From the NCBI GenBank assembly GCA_963699755.1, contig CAVOVB010000003.1, positions 608,001-672,000 of the forward strand: a DNA stretch of 64,000 nucleotides, given 5' to 3'. The number at the start of each line of letters is the position of its first letter. Within the stretch, counting starts at the first letter, position 1. This DNA comes from an uncultured delta proteobacterium (GTDB lineage Bacteria; Myxococcota_A; Polyangia; Polyangiales; Houyiibacteriaceae). Below the pieces are notes generated by a model. The model was not told the DNA's origin and made no database searches. It worked only from the letters and a program-made list of their open reading frames with translations. Positions 41,589 through 50,376 of this stretch are shown here, in pieces. The position numbers and the translations under genes are program-made.

Positions 41589-42125
41589 ATGAGTATGAGG
41601 TCCCCAATTTCGATTCTCGCCTTGTTCGCTGCCCTCGTCGCTTGCGAGCGCGGTGCGCCGGCTCCCAAGGCCGCCGAGCACGATCATTCCCAGCACGACC
41701 ACTCCCAACACCAGGCAGCTGCCGAGCCCGCCGCCGGTCGCGAGAAGCCGGACGAACCCGCTGGCCCCAAGATCGAGACTGGCTCCTTCCTCTTGGCGGT
41801 CGCTCCGTCGGGGGGGGGCTACCGGATCGGCAAGGCAGGCGAGGTCGAGATCGCGCTCGAGAGCCGGGGCCAATGGCACGTCAACCAGGAGTACCCGATC
41901 CGGGTCGACCTGGAGGCCGCCCCAGGCGTCACGCTCACGAAGAACGAGCTCGTCAAAGACGACGCAAAGGAGTTTGGCGAGCAAAAGGTCCGCTTCCTCG
42001 CCGCGGTGGAGCCCTCGGCTGCAGGCGAGCACGAGCTGACCTGCGATGTTTCCTTTGCCATGTGCACCGAAGAAAACTGTATCCTCGAGAGGCGAACGGT
42101 GGCGATGCAACTCAAGGTGGAGTGA
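41589..42125 (+). CDS. Lipoprotein with His-rich linker and DsbD-N-like Ig domain
   Basis: Lipobox LVAC; EHDHSQHDHSQH; WHVNQEYP; C-terminal FAMCTEENC Cys pair. Confidence 0.65.
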   Translation: MSMRSPISILALFAALVACERGAPAPKAAEHDHSQHDHSQHQAAAEPAAGREKPDEPAGPKIETGSFLLAVAPSGGGYRIGKAGEVEIALESRGQWHVNQEYPIRVDLEAAPGVTLTKNELVKDDAKEFGEQKVRFLAAVEPSAAGEHELTCDVSFAMCTEENCILERRTVAMQLKVE

Positions 42126-42126
42126 G

Positions 42127-44376
42127 ATGAGCGAGGGGGGACTCAAGGCTGCGCTGGAGACGATCCGCGGGGAGGTGAAAACGCGGTTCGACGCGCAGAA
42201 GCGAGTGCTCTCGTTTCGAGAGTATCTGGATCTCGTAGCAGACAACCCTCGGCGTTATACGCGCGACGCGAGCCGGTACCTCAAGGATTGCCTGGACTTT
42301 TTCGGCACGTACGAAGTCGAGCGTCCGACCGTGAACCGCAAGCGATGGAGGCTCTTTGACCTCGAGTTCAGGCAAGAGAGCGGCGGCCACCAGGCCGAGC
42401 TCAGGCTCCGAGACCGTCTCGCAGGGCAGGAAGCCGCGCAGGAGTCGTTCTATCGAATCCTCGACGGCTTCGAGCGGGAAGGCCGCGCCAACCGCCTCGT
42501 CTTGCTCCACGGTCCCAACGGCAGCGCCAAGTCGACCTTTGCCACTTGCCTGATGCGCGGGCTCGAAGCCTACTCCGACACCGACGATGGGGCGCTCTAT
42601 CGCTTCTCGTGGGTTTTCCCGCGAGCGCGCGAGGGTGCGGGCATCGGCTTCACGACCTCATCGGACGAGATCGGCACAGGCGAATCGTTCGCGCACCTTC
42701 CCGAAGAGCGGATCATCGTCAAGCTCCAGAGCTCGGTGCGAGAGCATCCGCTCCTCTTGCTGCCTCGTGACGTGCGACAGCGATTGATCGCGAGCGTGTA
42801 CGAGTCGAGGGGGTTGTCGGAGGCGGCGCCCGACTGGGTGTGGACCGGTCAGCTTGCGCGGAAGAATCAACAGATTTTTCAGGCGCTCCTGACCGCGTAC
42901 CGCGGTGACCTCGACCGAGTCCTCGCTCACATCCAAGTCGAGCGATTCTACATCTCGCGACGCTACCGGGTCGGCGCCGTCACCATCGGCCCGCAGATGT
43001 CCGTCGATGCCTCGGAGCGTCAGATCACCGCGGACCACTCAATCGAATCGCTCCCGGCTTCCTTGAGCGCGCTCACGCTGTTCGAGCCCTATGGCGAGCT
43101 GGTCGATGCGTCGGGCGGCATCGTCGAGTTCAGCGACCTGCTCAAGCGTCCGCTCGAAGCCTGGAAGTACCTCCTGCTCGCGATCGAGAACGGCGAGGTT
43201 TCGCTACAAATGTCGAATCTGCCGATCAACGCCGTGATGATAGCAAGCTCGAACGAGCTTCATCTGAGCGCGTTTCGCCAGCACCCCGAGTTTAACTCCT
43301 TCCGCGGCCGCATCGTTCGCATTCGCATGGCCTATCTTCTCGACGTGCACCGCGAGCGTGAAATCTACGACGGACAAATCGTGCCGCAAATCCCCAAGCA
43401 CGTGGCGCCTCACACCACTTACGTGGCGGCCCTATGGGCGGTGCTCACGCGTCTTCGGCGGCCGGATGCCTCGCAGTTTACCGACAGCGAGCTCGGCACC
43501 CTCGCCGCGTCCCTGACCCCCTTGGAAAAGGCCGACCTCTTGGCCGACGGTCTGCTGCCTGCGCGCCTGGAGTCTGATCAAATGAATATTCTTGCCGGCG
43601 GAATCGCCGAGGTGGAGGCCCAAGGCGCCGCATCCTCGGACTACGAGGGTATCAACGGGGCCTCGCCACGAGAGATTCGGATGCTCCTGCTCGACGCCGC
43701 CGCTGGCTTCGAGGAGACCTGCGTTTCGCCGGTGAGCTTCTTGAACCGCCTTGCCGAGTTCTGTGAACGCGACGACTACGACTTTCTCAAGGAGAAGGCC
43801 GACGGTCAATATCGAGATCACCGCTCGTTCGTCGACATGGTCAAAGAGCGATGGCTCGACATCGTCGAGGGCGAGCTTCGCGCGGCCAGCGGCCTCATCG
43901 ACGAGAGCAGCCACCTCCAGCTGTTCGATCGCTATGTAACCCAGGTTTCGCACTGGGTGAAAAAGGAGCGGGTCTTCAACCCGGTGACGGGCAGAGACGA
44001 AGAAGCGGACGTCGATTTGATGGCCAGCGTCGAGAAGAAGCTCGGCGCCGGCGACGCGCCGGCGTTTCGAAACGAGCTCTTGGGCGCTTTTGCCAACTGG
44101 GCGATCGACCATCCCGAGCAGGAGGTCGACTATGAATCACTCTTCCCGCGCTACATCGAGCAGCTTCGCCAGGCTTACTTCGATGAGCGGCGAGGGCAGG
44201 TCGGCGAGATCGGTGAGGCGATCGTTGCACTCACGGAGGACGACGAAACGCTCGACGAGGAGCAGCGGGAAGCCGCCCAACAAGCCCTGCAGGTCCTCAT
44301 CGGTGTCTATGGCTACGAACGCTCGAGTGCCAAGGTCGCACTCGGTGCCCTGGTCGACGCCCGCTATCGCGACTGA
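42127..44376 (+). CDS. PrkA/YeaG-family AAA+ serine protein kinase-like protein
   Basis: VLSFREYLDL, Walker A LHGPNGSAKST, GIVEFSDLLKRP, YEGINGASPRE. Confidence 0.85.
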   Translation: MSEGGLKAALETIRGEVKTRFDAQKRVLSFREYLDLVADNPRRYTRDASRYLKDCLDFFGTYEVERPTVNRKRWRLFDLEFRQESGGHQAELRLRDRLAGQEAAQESFYRILDGFEREGRANRLVLLHGPNGSAKSTFATCLMRGLEAYSDTDDGALYRFSWVFPRAREGAGIGFTTSSDEIGTGESFAHLPEERIIVKLQSSVREHPLLLLPRDVRQRLIASVYESRGLSEAAPDWVWTGQLARKNQQIFQALLTAYRGDLDRVLAHIQVERFYISRRYRVGAVTIGPQMSVDASERQITADHSIESLPASLSALTLFEPYGELVDASGGIVEFSDLLKRPLEAWKYLLLAIENGEVSLQMSNLPINAVMIASSNELHLSAFRQHPEFNSFRGRIVRIRMAYLLDVHREREIYDGQIVPQIPKHVAPHTTYVAALWAVLTRLRRPDASQFTDSELGTLAASLTPLEKADLLADGLLPARLESDQMNILAGGIAEVEAQGAASSDYEGINGASPREIRMLLLDAAAGFEETCVSPVSFLNRLAEFCERDDYDFLKEKADGQYRDHRSFVDMVKERWLDIVEGELRAASGLIDESSHLQLFDRYVTQVSHWVKKERVFNPVTGRDEEADVDLMASVEKKLGAGDAPAFRNELLGAFANWAIDHPEQEVDYESLFPRYIEQLRQAYFDERRGQVGEIGEAIVALTEDDETLDEEQREAAQQALQVLIGVYGYERSSAKVALGALVDARYRD

Positions 44377-44474
44377 TTTGGCTTGGCCGCGCAGCGATTG
44401 CGCAAGACAGCCGCCGCGCGAAGATTCTGCATGAGGCCCGGGCCTGCCACCTCGAAATCTTGGAGAGAATGGGT

Positions 44475-44490
44475 CGGTATGCAACTTGCA
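44475..44490 (+). promoter_or_regulatory. Candidate sigma54 (-24/-12) promoter
   Basis: CGGTATGCAACTTGCA = GG-N10-GC with TTGCA -12 box, ending 26 nt before the AGGAGG-preceded ATG 44517. Confidence 0.5.
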
Positions 44491-44516
44491 GCCTTGGGCT
44501 CCATAGGAGGCTTGTC

Positions 44517-44924
44517 ATGAGGCTCAAGAACCTATTGTCTGTGATGGTTCTATCGGTGCTTCTTGCTGCGCTCGGGTCTTGCGGTCCCGGTGCTGGTTCG
44601 GAGGGGGGAGACGTCCTTCGCTTGGTCAATCCCTTGAACGCCCAAATCTCGGTCACGGTCGGCTTCCCAGACGGCTCGACGGAGACAGTTGCGCTTCCCA
44701 CTTCAGGCCTTGCGCCAGAGCGCATCTTGTATACGCACTATGTCTTTGGAGACATCTACACGTTTGACGCCGTTGCCCCCGGGGTCGACCCGGCTGTGAC
44801 GACTCGCTGCGCCGTCACGCAGCTAGCGACCATGACCGGCGCCGCGGATGTGCAGTTCTACGTGGAAACCGGCACGACGTTCATCACGGTCGAGTGCGAC
44901 GGCGCCGCTCTCGTGGAGCAATAG
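44517..44924 (+). CDS. Hypothetical lipoprotein
   Basis: AGGAGG RBS; signal peptide with LGSC lipobox; two further Cys. Confidence 0.7.
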   Translation: MRLKNLLSVMVLSVLLAALGSCGPGAGSEGGDVLRLVNPLNAQISVTVGFPDGSTETVALPTSGLAPERILYTHYVFGDIYTFDAVAPGVDPAVTTRCAVTQLATMTGAADVQFYVETGTTFITVECDGAALVEQ

Positions 44925-44934
44925 CGAGCCTCGG

Positions 44935-45912
44935 CTAGACCAGGAACTTACCGCTTCGCAGGCGCTGTGCTTCCATCTTCTCGAGCTCTCGCGAGCCGGA
45001 GATCACGACGTTCGGGTCGGGAACGAAATCGAGGCTGTCGTCCATGCGCTCGTAGGGAGCGGAATTCAAGATGAGCTTGATGGCGTTCAGCCGCGCCTGG
45101 TGCTTGTCGTTCGAGCGAATGATCTTCCAGGGCGCGTGCGTCGTATGAGTCCGCTTGAGCATCTCGTATTTCTCGTTGGTGAACTCGTCCCAGCGTTCTT
45201 GTGCTTGGACATCGACCTCACTCAGCTTCCACTGACGAAGCGGGTCGGCCTTGCGACGCTCGAAGCGCCGTTTCTGCTCTTCCTTCGTCACGCTGAAGTA
45301 GAGCTTGATCAGGACGGTGCCCTGACGCACGAGGTCCTTCTCGAACCCGGTGACGCCGCGCATGAAGTTCTTGTATTCCTTTTCACTGCAGAACCCGAAT
45401 ACCGGCTCCACCATCGCGCGGTTGTACCAGCTCCGGTCGAAGAGAACGACCTCACCGGCACGAGGAAAGTGCTGAACGTACTTCTGAAAGAACCATTGGG
45501 TGCGTTGGTGTTCGGTGGGTTTTCCGAGCGCGACGACGCGATAGTGTTTCTCGTTCATGTAGCGCGTGACCCGGCGGATGGTTCCGCCCTTTCCTGCGGC
45601 GTCGCGCCCTTCGAACAAGATGATCATCCGAGTGCCGCTCTCTTCGAGATACTGCTGCATCTTGATGAGCTCGGCCTGATACGGCTTGAGGCTCTCTTCA
45701 CGGAGATAGCGGCGAAGCGCCTTCGCCTTCATGGATTCGGCGGTCAGTTCCTCCTCCGAGGCTTCCGTCGTCTCCTCGAGCGACTCGACCTCCTGCTGAA
45801 GCGCGGCTGCCGCCTCTTCGCGCTTGACGTTCGCCTCGCGGGCTGTGGGCATCGCCTCCGCGCGGTCGTGGGCCTCTGCAGCGGTTTCTTGGTTCGTCTG
45901 TTCCTCGTCCAT
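44935..45912 (-). CDS. ppk2: Polyphosphate kinase 2 (single domain)
   Basis: FEGRDAAGKGG Walker A, FDRSWYNRA Walker B, DPLRQWKLS and APW motifs; own GAGGAG RBS before ATG 45912. Confidence 0.93.
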   Translation of the reverse strand: MDEEQTNQETAAEAHDRAEAMPTAREANVKREEAAAALQQEVESLEETTEASEEELTAESMKAKALRRYLREESLKPYQAELIKMQQYLEESGTRMIILFEGRDAAGKGGTIRRVTRYMNEKHYRVVALGKPTEHQRTQWFFQKYVQHFPRAGEVVLFDRSWYNRAMVEPVFGFCSEKEYKNFMRGVTGFEKDLVRQGTVLIKLYFSVTKEEQKRRFERRKADPLRQWKLSEVDVQAQERWDEFTNEKYEMLKRTHTTHAPWKIIRSNDKHQARLNAIKLILNSAPYERMDDSLDFVPDPNVVISGSRELEKMEAQRLRSGKFLV

Positions 45913-46797
45913 GATGCTCCTCGAGGTCGAGTGGTTAGGGCCGTTCGCCTGCGCTGAAAACGCTCGTGCCTTTTTCTCCTGTTTTTCGGAGGAAACCGGC
46001 TGCGCTTTCGAAGGGACTCCGTGGAAATAGCACCCCCGTCCGCCGAACGCGTAGTCGTAGGTCCCGTAGGTCCAGTTGTAATCCTTGCCGAACGGCGCGA
46101 CCAAGTCGCGGAGCTCTTGCTGAGAGTAGACGCGCAAGGTGCTGACGATCGCGTCCCAGGCTCCGGCGACCAGGCCTAGAGGCGTGAGCCAAGTCCATGT
46201 GGCTTTGGCGAGCCGGTCTCGGGGCGAGAGTAGCGGAGTCGCAAAGAGCGAAGGGATTCCGATTGGAATCAGCGGAAAGGCGCCCCGCAGATCTCGCTCG
46301 AAGGATTCGGAGATGAAGATCGGCGCTTGACTATGGACCGCGTCGCGGAGGATGGCGCCCGCGAGCTCCGGTCGGAAGTGATGAAACGCGTTGATGATCA
46401 CTCGAGCGCGCCCATCCGACAGGGACTTGGGAATCGATGTTGCGTCGACCGGTTCGGCGATGAAATCGATGCAGTCCGGGCGCTGCTCCCGGGCGTGGGT
46501 CCAGATGGAAACGCGAGGGAACAGATCGGTGAGCAGAAAGCGCGGCGCGCTCATCCCGAGTCGCTCGGCCTCCTGGCTCAAGATCATTGCGGGGCCCGCA
46601 GCTCCGGCGCAAAGGTCCAACACCTCGCGCGTTCCAGCGGCCGCGAGAAAGCCGTCGATCACCGGTACGAGGGGTCGAAGGAAGCCACCCCAGTCGAGCG
46701 AGCGGCTCAGCGTTTCGACAATCGTGTCGCGCAAGGTTTCGGGCACCCAGTCGCGATCATTGAATTCGAATAGCTGGGTTCTCGGAAGAAGGGGCAT
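44935..46797 (-). CDS. Class I SAM-dependent methyltransferase-like protein reading in frame into PPK2
   Basis: QLFEFND, VLDLCAGAAGP (motif I), LTDLFP, VDAT, NAFHHF and WDAIVSTLRVYS; no stop codon before the ppk2 start. Confidence 0.7.
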   Translation of the reverse strand: MPLLPRTQLFEFNDRDWVPETLRDTIVETLSRSLDWGGFLRPLVPVIDGFLAAAGTREVLDLCAGAAGPAMILSQEAERLGMSAPRFLLTDLFPRVSIWTHAREQRPDCIDFIAEPVDATSIPKSLSDGRARVIINAFHHFRPELAGAILRDAVHSQAPIFISESFERDLRGAFPLIPIGIPSLFATPLLSPRDRLAKATWTWLTPLGLVAGAWDAIVSTLRVYSQQELRDLVAPFGKDYNWTYGTYDYAFGGRGCYFHGVPSKAQPVSSEKQEKKARAFSAQANGPNHSTSRSIMDEEQTNQETAAEAHDRAEAMPTAREANVKREEAAAALQQEVESLEETTEASEEELTAESMKAKALRRYLREESLKPYQAELIKMQQYLEESGTRMIILFEGRDAAGKGGTIRRVTRYMNEKHYRVVALGKPTEHQRTQWFFQKYVQHFPRAGEVVLFDRSWYNRAMVEPVFGFCSEKEYKNFMRGVTGFEKDLVRQGTVLIKLYFSVTKEEQKRRFERRKADPLRQWKLSEVDVQAQERWDEFTNEKYEMLKRTHTTHAPWKIIRSNDKHQARLNAIKLILNSAPYERMDDSLDFVPDPNVVISGSRELEKMEAQRLRSGKFLV

Positions 46798-46819
46798 GAC
46801 GGTTTCGGGCGTGGGTCGA

Positions 46820-48412
46820 TCACTTCGTGAGGTCGAAGTCCAGGCTCTTTCGTTCACCCGGCCGAAGACGGATCGTCTGAGTCTTGAACGGTCTCTCCTG
46901 TCCGACCCCGATCTTGTATCGGCCCGCCTTCAGTGGCTGGTCCTTCAGGGGCGCTGCGCCGCGGAGCTTGCCATCGATCCAGACGTTGCCCCACGGAAAG
47001 ACGACCACGGTGAGTCGCGCCGGACGGGGCAGGGCGGCCGCCGCGGGAGCAATGTCTCGAGCGGAGTCAACGGTTGCCTCTTCCGCGGCGTCGAGCTTGG
47101 TTTCGGAGACGTCTCGTTTGCGCTCCTCGGGGCCGGGTAGGGGGGGTGCTCGGGGTTTCGGATCGGCGGTCGGAGGAGGAGCGAGCGCGCCCCTTGTCTC
47201 CGAGCGGGTCTGATCTTCCCTGCGGATCGTTGGCCAAAGTCCGATGGCGCCCGCCGCGCCAACCATGACAAGCAGGAGCCCGACGAGCGCGCGCTGAAAC
47301 GACCGGCGAGCTCCGTTGTTGGCACCCCATCTTTCGGACACAAGCAAGCCGTCCGTCGCAGAGGCGCTCGCTCCGGCGTCGCTCGGTCCTGGATCCGGGC
47401 CGGGGTCGGTGGCGTGCTTCCCGCCGGCCAGAGCGAGCAGGTCTTCGGTGCTGATCCGGTCTTTCGGAGGACGGCTCTCGGCAACGATCCGTCCGAGGTC
47501 TCGGCGCGCACGCGGCGACGGAACGAACTCGTCCAGCAAATCGATCAACTTGGATGCGCTCTCCGGCCGGTCTTCACGGTTCGGCAGGAGTAGGCTTTCG
47601 ATGACTTCGCAGAGCCCAGGAGGAGCAGCGGGTGCAAGGCTGTGAAGCGAGGGATGGTCGCCCGATAGAGTCAACATGATCGTCGCCGGATCGTGGGCGC
47701 CGTCGTAAGGCCGTTGTCCGGCGAGCGCCTCGTAGAGCACCACTCCAAGCGCGAACAGGTCGGCCCGTCCGTCGAGTGGCTCGGCGCGGAGCTGCTCGGG
47801 CGACATATAGGGAATCTTGCCCTTGACTGCGCTCTGCTTGCGTGACGTGCCAGACATTGCCTTGGCAACGCCGAAGTCCGAGAGAAAGACTTCACCGGTG
47901 CGGCTGATGAGCACGTTCGAAGGCGAGACATCGCGATGCACGATCGCGTCCCCGTCCGAATCCTCGATGGCGTTTCCTGGTCGCCTTGAATGCGCATGCT
48001 CCAGGGCGGCCGCGAGGTCGTGACCCAAGAGTGCGACCAATCCGTGCGGCAGACGGACCCCGTCCTGCGCGTCGAGCACGACACGCAGATCCGCTCCGTC
48101 CACCAGCTCAATCGCCATGTACGGCGTCCCTGCAATCTTGCCGAAGTCGATCACGCCAACGATGTTGCTGTGCCGAAGCTTCGCGGCGAGCCGCGCCTCC
48201 CGTTCAAAGAGCCGAATGAAGTCTTCATTGTCGCGGAAGAACGGAAGGACCAGCTTGAGGCAAACATGCTGGGCAAAGCCGCTCGGGCCCCGCCGAATGG
48301 CCTCGTAGGTTTCGGCCATTCCGCCCACGCCAAGCCGACGGACCAGCCGGTACGGCCCGAAATCCTCACCGGCGAGGCTACTCAGGGATGTTTGTGAGCG
48401 CACCTTCGACAT
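46820..48412 (-). CDS. Membrane-anchored Hanks-type Ser/Thr protein kinase with extracytoplasmic PEGA-like domain
   Basis: LGVGGMA, CLK, HRDVSPSN, SDFG, YMSPE and DLFALG; TM helix; C-terminal PWGNVWIDGK..G.AP. Confidence 0.92.
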   Translation of the reverse strand: MSKVRSQTSLSSLAGEDFGPYRLVRRLGVGGMAETYEAIRRGPSGFAQHVCLKLVLPFFRDNEDFIRLFEREARLAAKLRHSNIVGVIDFGKIAGTPYMAIELVDGADLRVVLDAQDGVRLPHGLVALLGHDLAAALEHAHSRRPGNAIEDSDGDAIVHRDVSPSNVLISRTGEVFLSDFGVAKAMSGTSRKQSAVKGKIPYMSPEQLRAEPLDGRADLFALGVVLYEALAGQRPYDGAHDPATIMLTLSGDHPSLHSLAPAAPPGLCEVIESLLLPNREDRPESASKLIDLLDEFVPSPRARRDLGRIVAESRPPKDRISTEDLLALAGGKHATDPGPDPGPSDAGASASATDGLLVSERWGANNGARRSFQRALVGLLLVMVGAAGAIGLWPTIRREDQTRSETRGALAPPPTADPKPRAPPLPGPEERKRDVSETKLDAAEEATVDSARDIAPAAAALPRPARLTVVVFPWGNVWIDGKLRGAAPLKDQPLKAGRYKIGVGQERPFKTQTIRLRPGERKSLDFDLTK

Positions 48413-48472
48413 GGGGTCGACTGGGTGGGCCGATGACCTCCAGGTCAGGACACACGCGCTCTGATGATACGC

Positions 48473-49594
48473 CTAAATTCCCAGCTTGAACAGCTGCGAA
48501 GCCCCTGCGTTCGAAGCCGAGAGGGAACCGCATCTGCCCTGGAACAAGGTCTCTGCCGCCCGCGACAGGGATCGGGGGCCCGGCCCTCCGGCCGGAGATT
48601 TGATCCAGGCGCAGCCTCGCCGGATCCCGTTTCGACTCACGAGTGCGAGGGCGATGGTGTTTGGCGTCGGCGTCGACACGAGGACCAGCATCCGCGCAGG
48701 TAGAACTCTTGCGAGCTTCTGCGCGTCCGCCAGCCAGCGATCCCCCTCGCCGTGCTTCGGGTACTGCAGCCGCAAGACAGGCCTGGTCCGGACCGCGCGA
48801 TCGAATCCGTCGTCGACGTGAAGCAGGCTCACGTCCGTTCCGATCTTCACCGAGTGCACGCGCCCGCGGTGCTGTCCGTCGCATTCGACTTGGACGCTGT
48901 ACTCGCCGGTCAAGAGCTCATCGGTCTCCAAGGGGGTGGAGCCAAAAAGCACACCGTTGACGCGGACGTCACATCCGGAAGGGCTGCTGTCGACGAGCAG
49001 TCCACCCACGTTCTTACGACCGGCCGCTAGCGCCTGATGGTAGAGCGCCAACACAGCCGGCGGATGCATCAGCGCTGCAGGACTTGCACGCGGCACTAGG
49101 CGCGCACAGTCGTCTGAGTACGCGACGGCGCGAGGTCGCTCCGCCGATTCGAGTAGCGCTCGCACCATGTAGAGGCAGGTGTCGAGAACCCGCTGCGCTC
49201 TGGGGCTCTCTCTATTGAGCTCCGCGGCAGCGGTCCGGGAAAGCCGTTCCGCGCGCGCGAGACGATCGAGCGCCGATGCCTGGTCACCGTGTGCAAGATG
49301 GTGGACACCCGCATGGGAATCTCGAAACCAACGCTCGATCTCCTTGTCGCTGACTTCGACCGCAACCGTGGAGCTTTCGCGCTCGAAGCGCATAGCTGCG
49401 TCCTCAGACCGCCACACCTGCCGGTCGTGCCCCTCCAGCTCTCGACGAAGCTCTGCAACAATTCGTTCCATGTAGGACGGCATCTCACCGTTCGTCACTG
49501 GAACGACCGCCCAGTCGTTGGTCTCCGCGGCCGCTGGCGAGAGCAAAGCCAACGAACTGAGGGTCGCGACTGCAATCGGCAATGCTCGTGTCAT
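48473..49594 (-). CDS. Exported PEGA-domain protein
   Basis: Signal peptide ending AAA-ET; helical region; PEGA (LLVDSSPSGCDVRVNGVLFGSTP...GEYSVQVEC); 4-bp overlap with the upstream gene. Confidence 0.75.
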   Translation of the reverse strand: MTRALPIAVATLSSLALLSPAAAETNDWAVVPVTNGEMPSYMERIVAELRRELEGHDRQVWRSEDAAMRFERESSTVAVEVSDKEIERWFRDSHAGVHHLAHGDQASALDRLARAERLSRTAAAELNRESPRAQRVLDTCLYMVRALLESAERPRAVAYSDDCARLVPRASPAALMHPPAVLALYHQALAAGRKNVGGLLVDSSPSGCDVRVNGVLFGSTPLETDELLTGEYSVQVECDGQHRGRVHSVKIGTDVSLLHVDDGFDRAVRTRPVLRLQYPKHGEGDRWLADAQKLARVLPARMLVLVSTPTPNTIALALVSRNGIRRGCAWIKSPAGGPGPRSLSRAAETLFQGRCGSLSASNAGASQLFKLGI

Positions 49595-50190
49595 CGAGCT
49601 TGGCTCCTGGCGAACCAGAGGTCGATCTTGACGAAGCTGCCTTCGTCGTAGGAGGCGCCCCGGAAATTCACGGCGATTTGGTTCAGCTCATGCGAGACCT
49701 CTGCGCTGGCAACCTCGACGTTGCTGGCCGTCTGATCCACCCCTGCCGCAACGAGCACCAGGTCGTCTTCTGGGCTCACGATCTGAAACAGGTACCCATC
49801 GAAGTCAGCGCTTGGGAATCGCCCCGCGCCTGCCACGCTGGAGAAGTCGAAGATCAGGCTGGCGCGGTCGAGATCGATCTCGAGGCCGGGGTTTGGGCTC
49901 GTGGCACAATGAGCACCGAGAGAGCTCACATCCACCGAAGAGAACTCCAGCCCGTCGCCGACTTTGGTCTGCAATGCCTTGGAGCCAGCGCCGTCGCAGA
50001 GGGTCGAGTGTCGGGATAGCTTCAAGTCGGCCCCAGCCAGGCTTGCGGCTGCACTGTCCGGATCGTAGTGAAAATGGCCTGGATCGATCGAAAAGGTGTG
50101 TGCGTCTCCGCAGCCTATCAGAAATCCAGAAGCGCTAACCAGAGCCAGCGCGGCGATGCGACGAGTCGCATGGATGGTCGTTCTTGTCAT
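49591..50190 (-). CDS. Hypothetical lipoprotein
   Basis: GGAGG RBS; ATG 50190; signal peptide with LIGC lipobox; beta-rich mature domain. Confidence 0.72.
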   Translation of the reverse strand: MTRTTIHATRRIAALALVSASGFLIGCGDAHTFSIDPGHFHYDPDSAAASLAGADLKLSRHSTLCDGAGSKALQTKVGDGLEFSSVDVSSLGAHCATSPNPGLEIDLDRASLIFDFSSVAGAGRFPSADFDGYLFQIVSPEDDLVLVAAGVDQTASNVEVASAEVSHELNQIAVNFRGASYDEGSFVKIDLWFARSQAR

Positions 50191-50236
50191 GTTGGTGTCC
50201 TCCCGGTATGTCGTTGTGGCGGCCTGCGGTTCCCAG

Positions 50237-50253
50237 TGCATCGAGCGTGCCAA
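50237..50253 (-). promoter_or_regulatory. Sigma54 (-24/-12) promoter of the lipoprotein-PEGA-kinase operon
   Basis: Minus strand TTGGCACGCTCGATGCA (TGGCACG-N4-ATGCA, GG-N10-GC). Confidence 0.75.
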
Positions 50254-50306
50254 TCGAGAAAGGCATTCGTTTTCCGCAAAGCGCAGAGCTTGCGGCAGCG
50301 GATCGA

Positions 50307-50342
50307 TGACGTTCGTCGTCGAAATCCTGACGACGGCCGTCA
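50307..50342. promoter_or_regulatory. Tandem palindromic upstream activator sites
   Basis: TGACG-TTCGT-CGTCG (50307-50321) and TGACG-ACGGC-CGTCA (50328-50342), 21 bp apart. Confidence 0.65.
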
Positions 50343-50376
50343 TTCGAGCGGACATCGAAGGTGCAGGAGACCGGCG

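Noticed and set aside
45955..45972. AGGCACG-AGCG-TTTT (minus strand) upstream of the ppk2 start as a sigma54 promoter
   Set aside because: -24 box is good, but the GC at -12 is missing.
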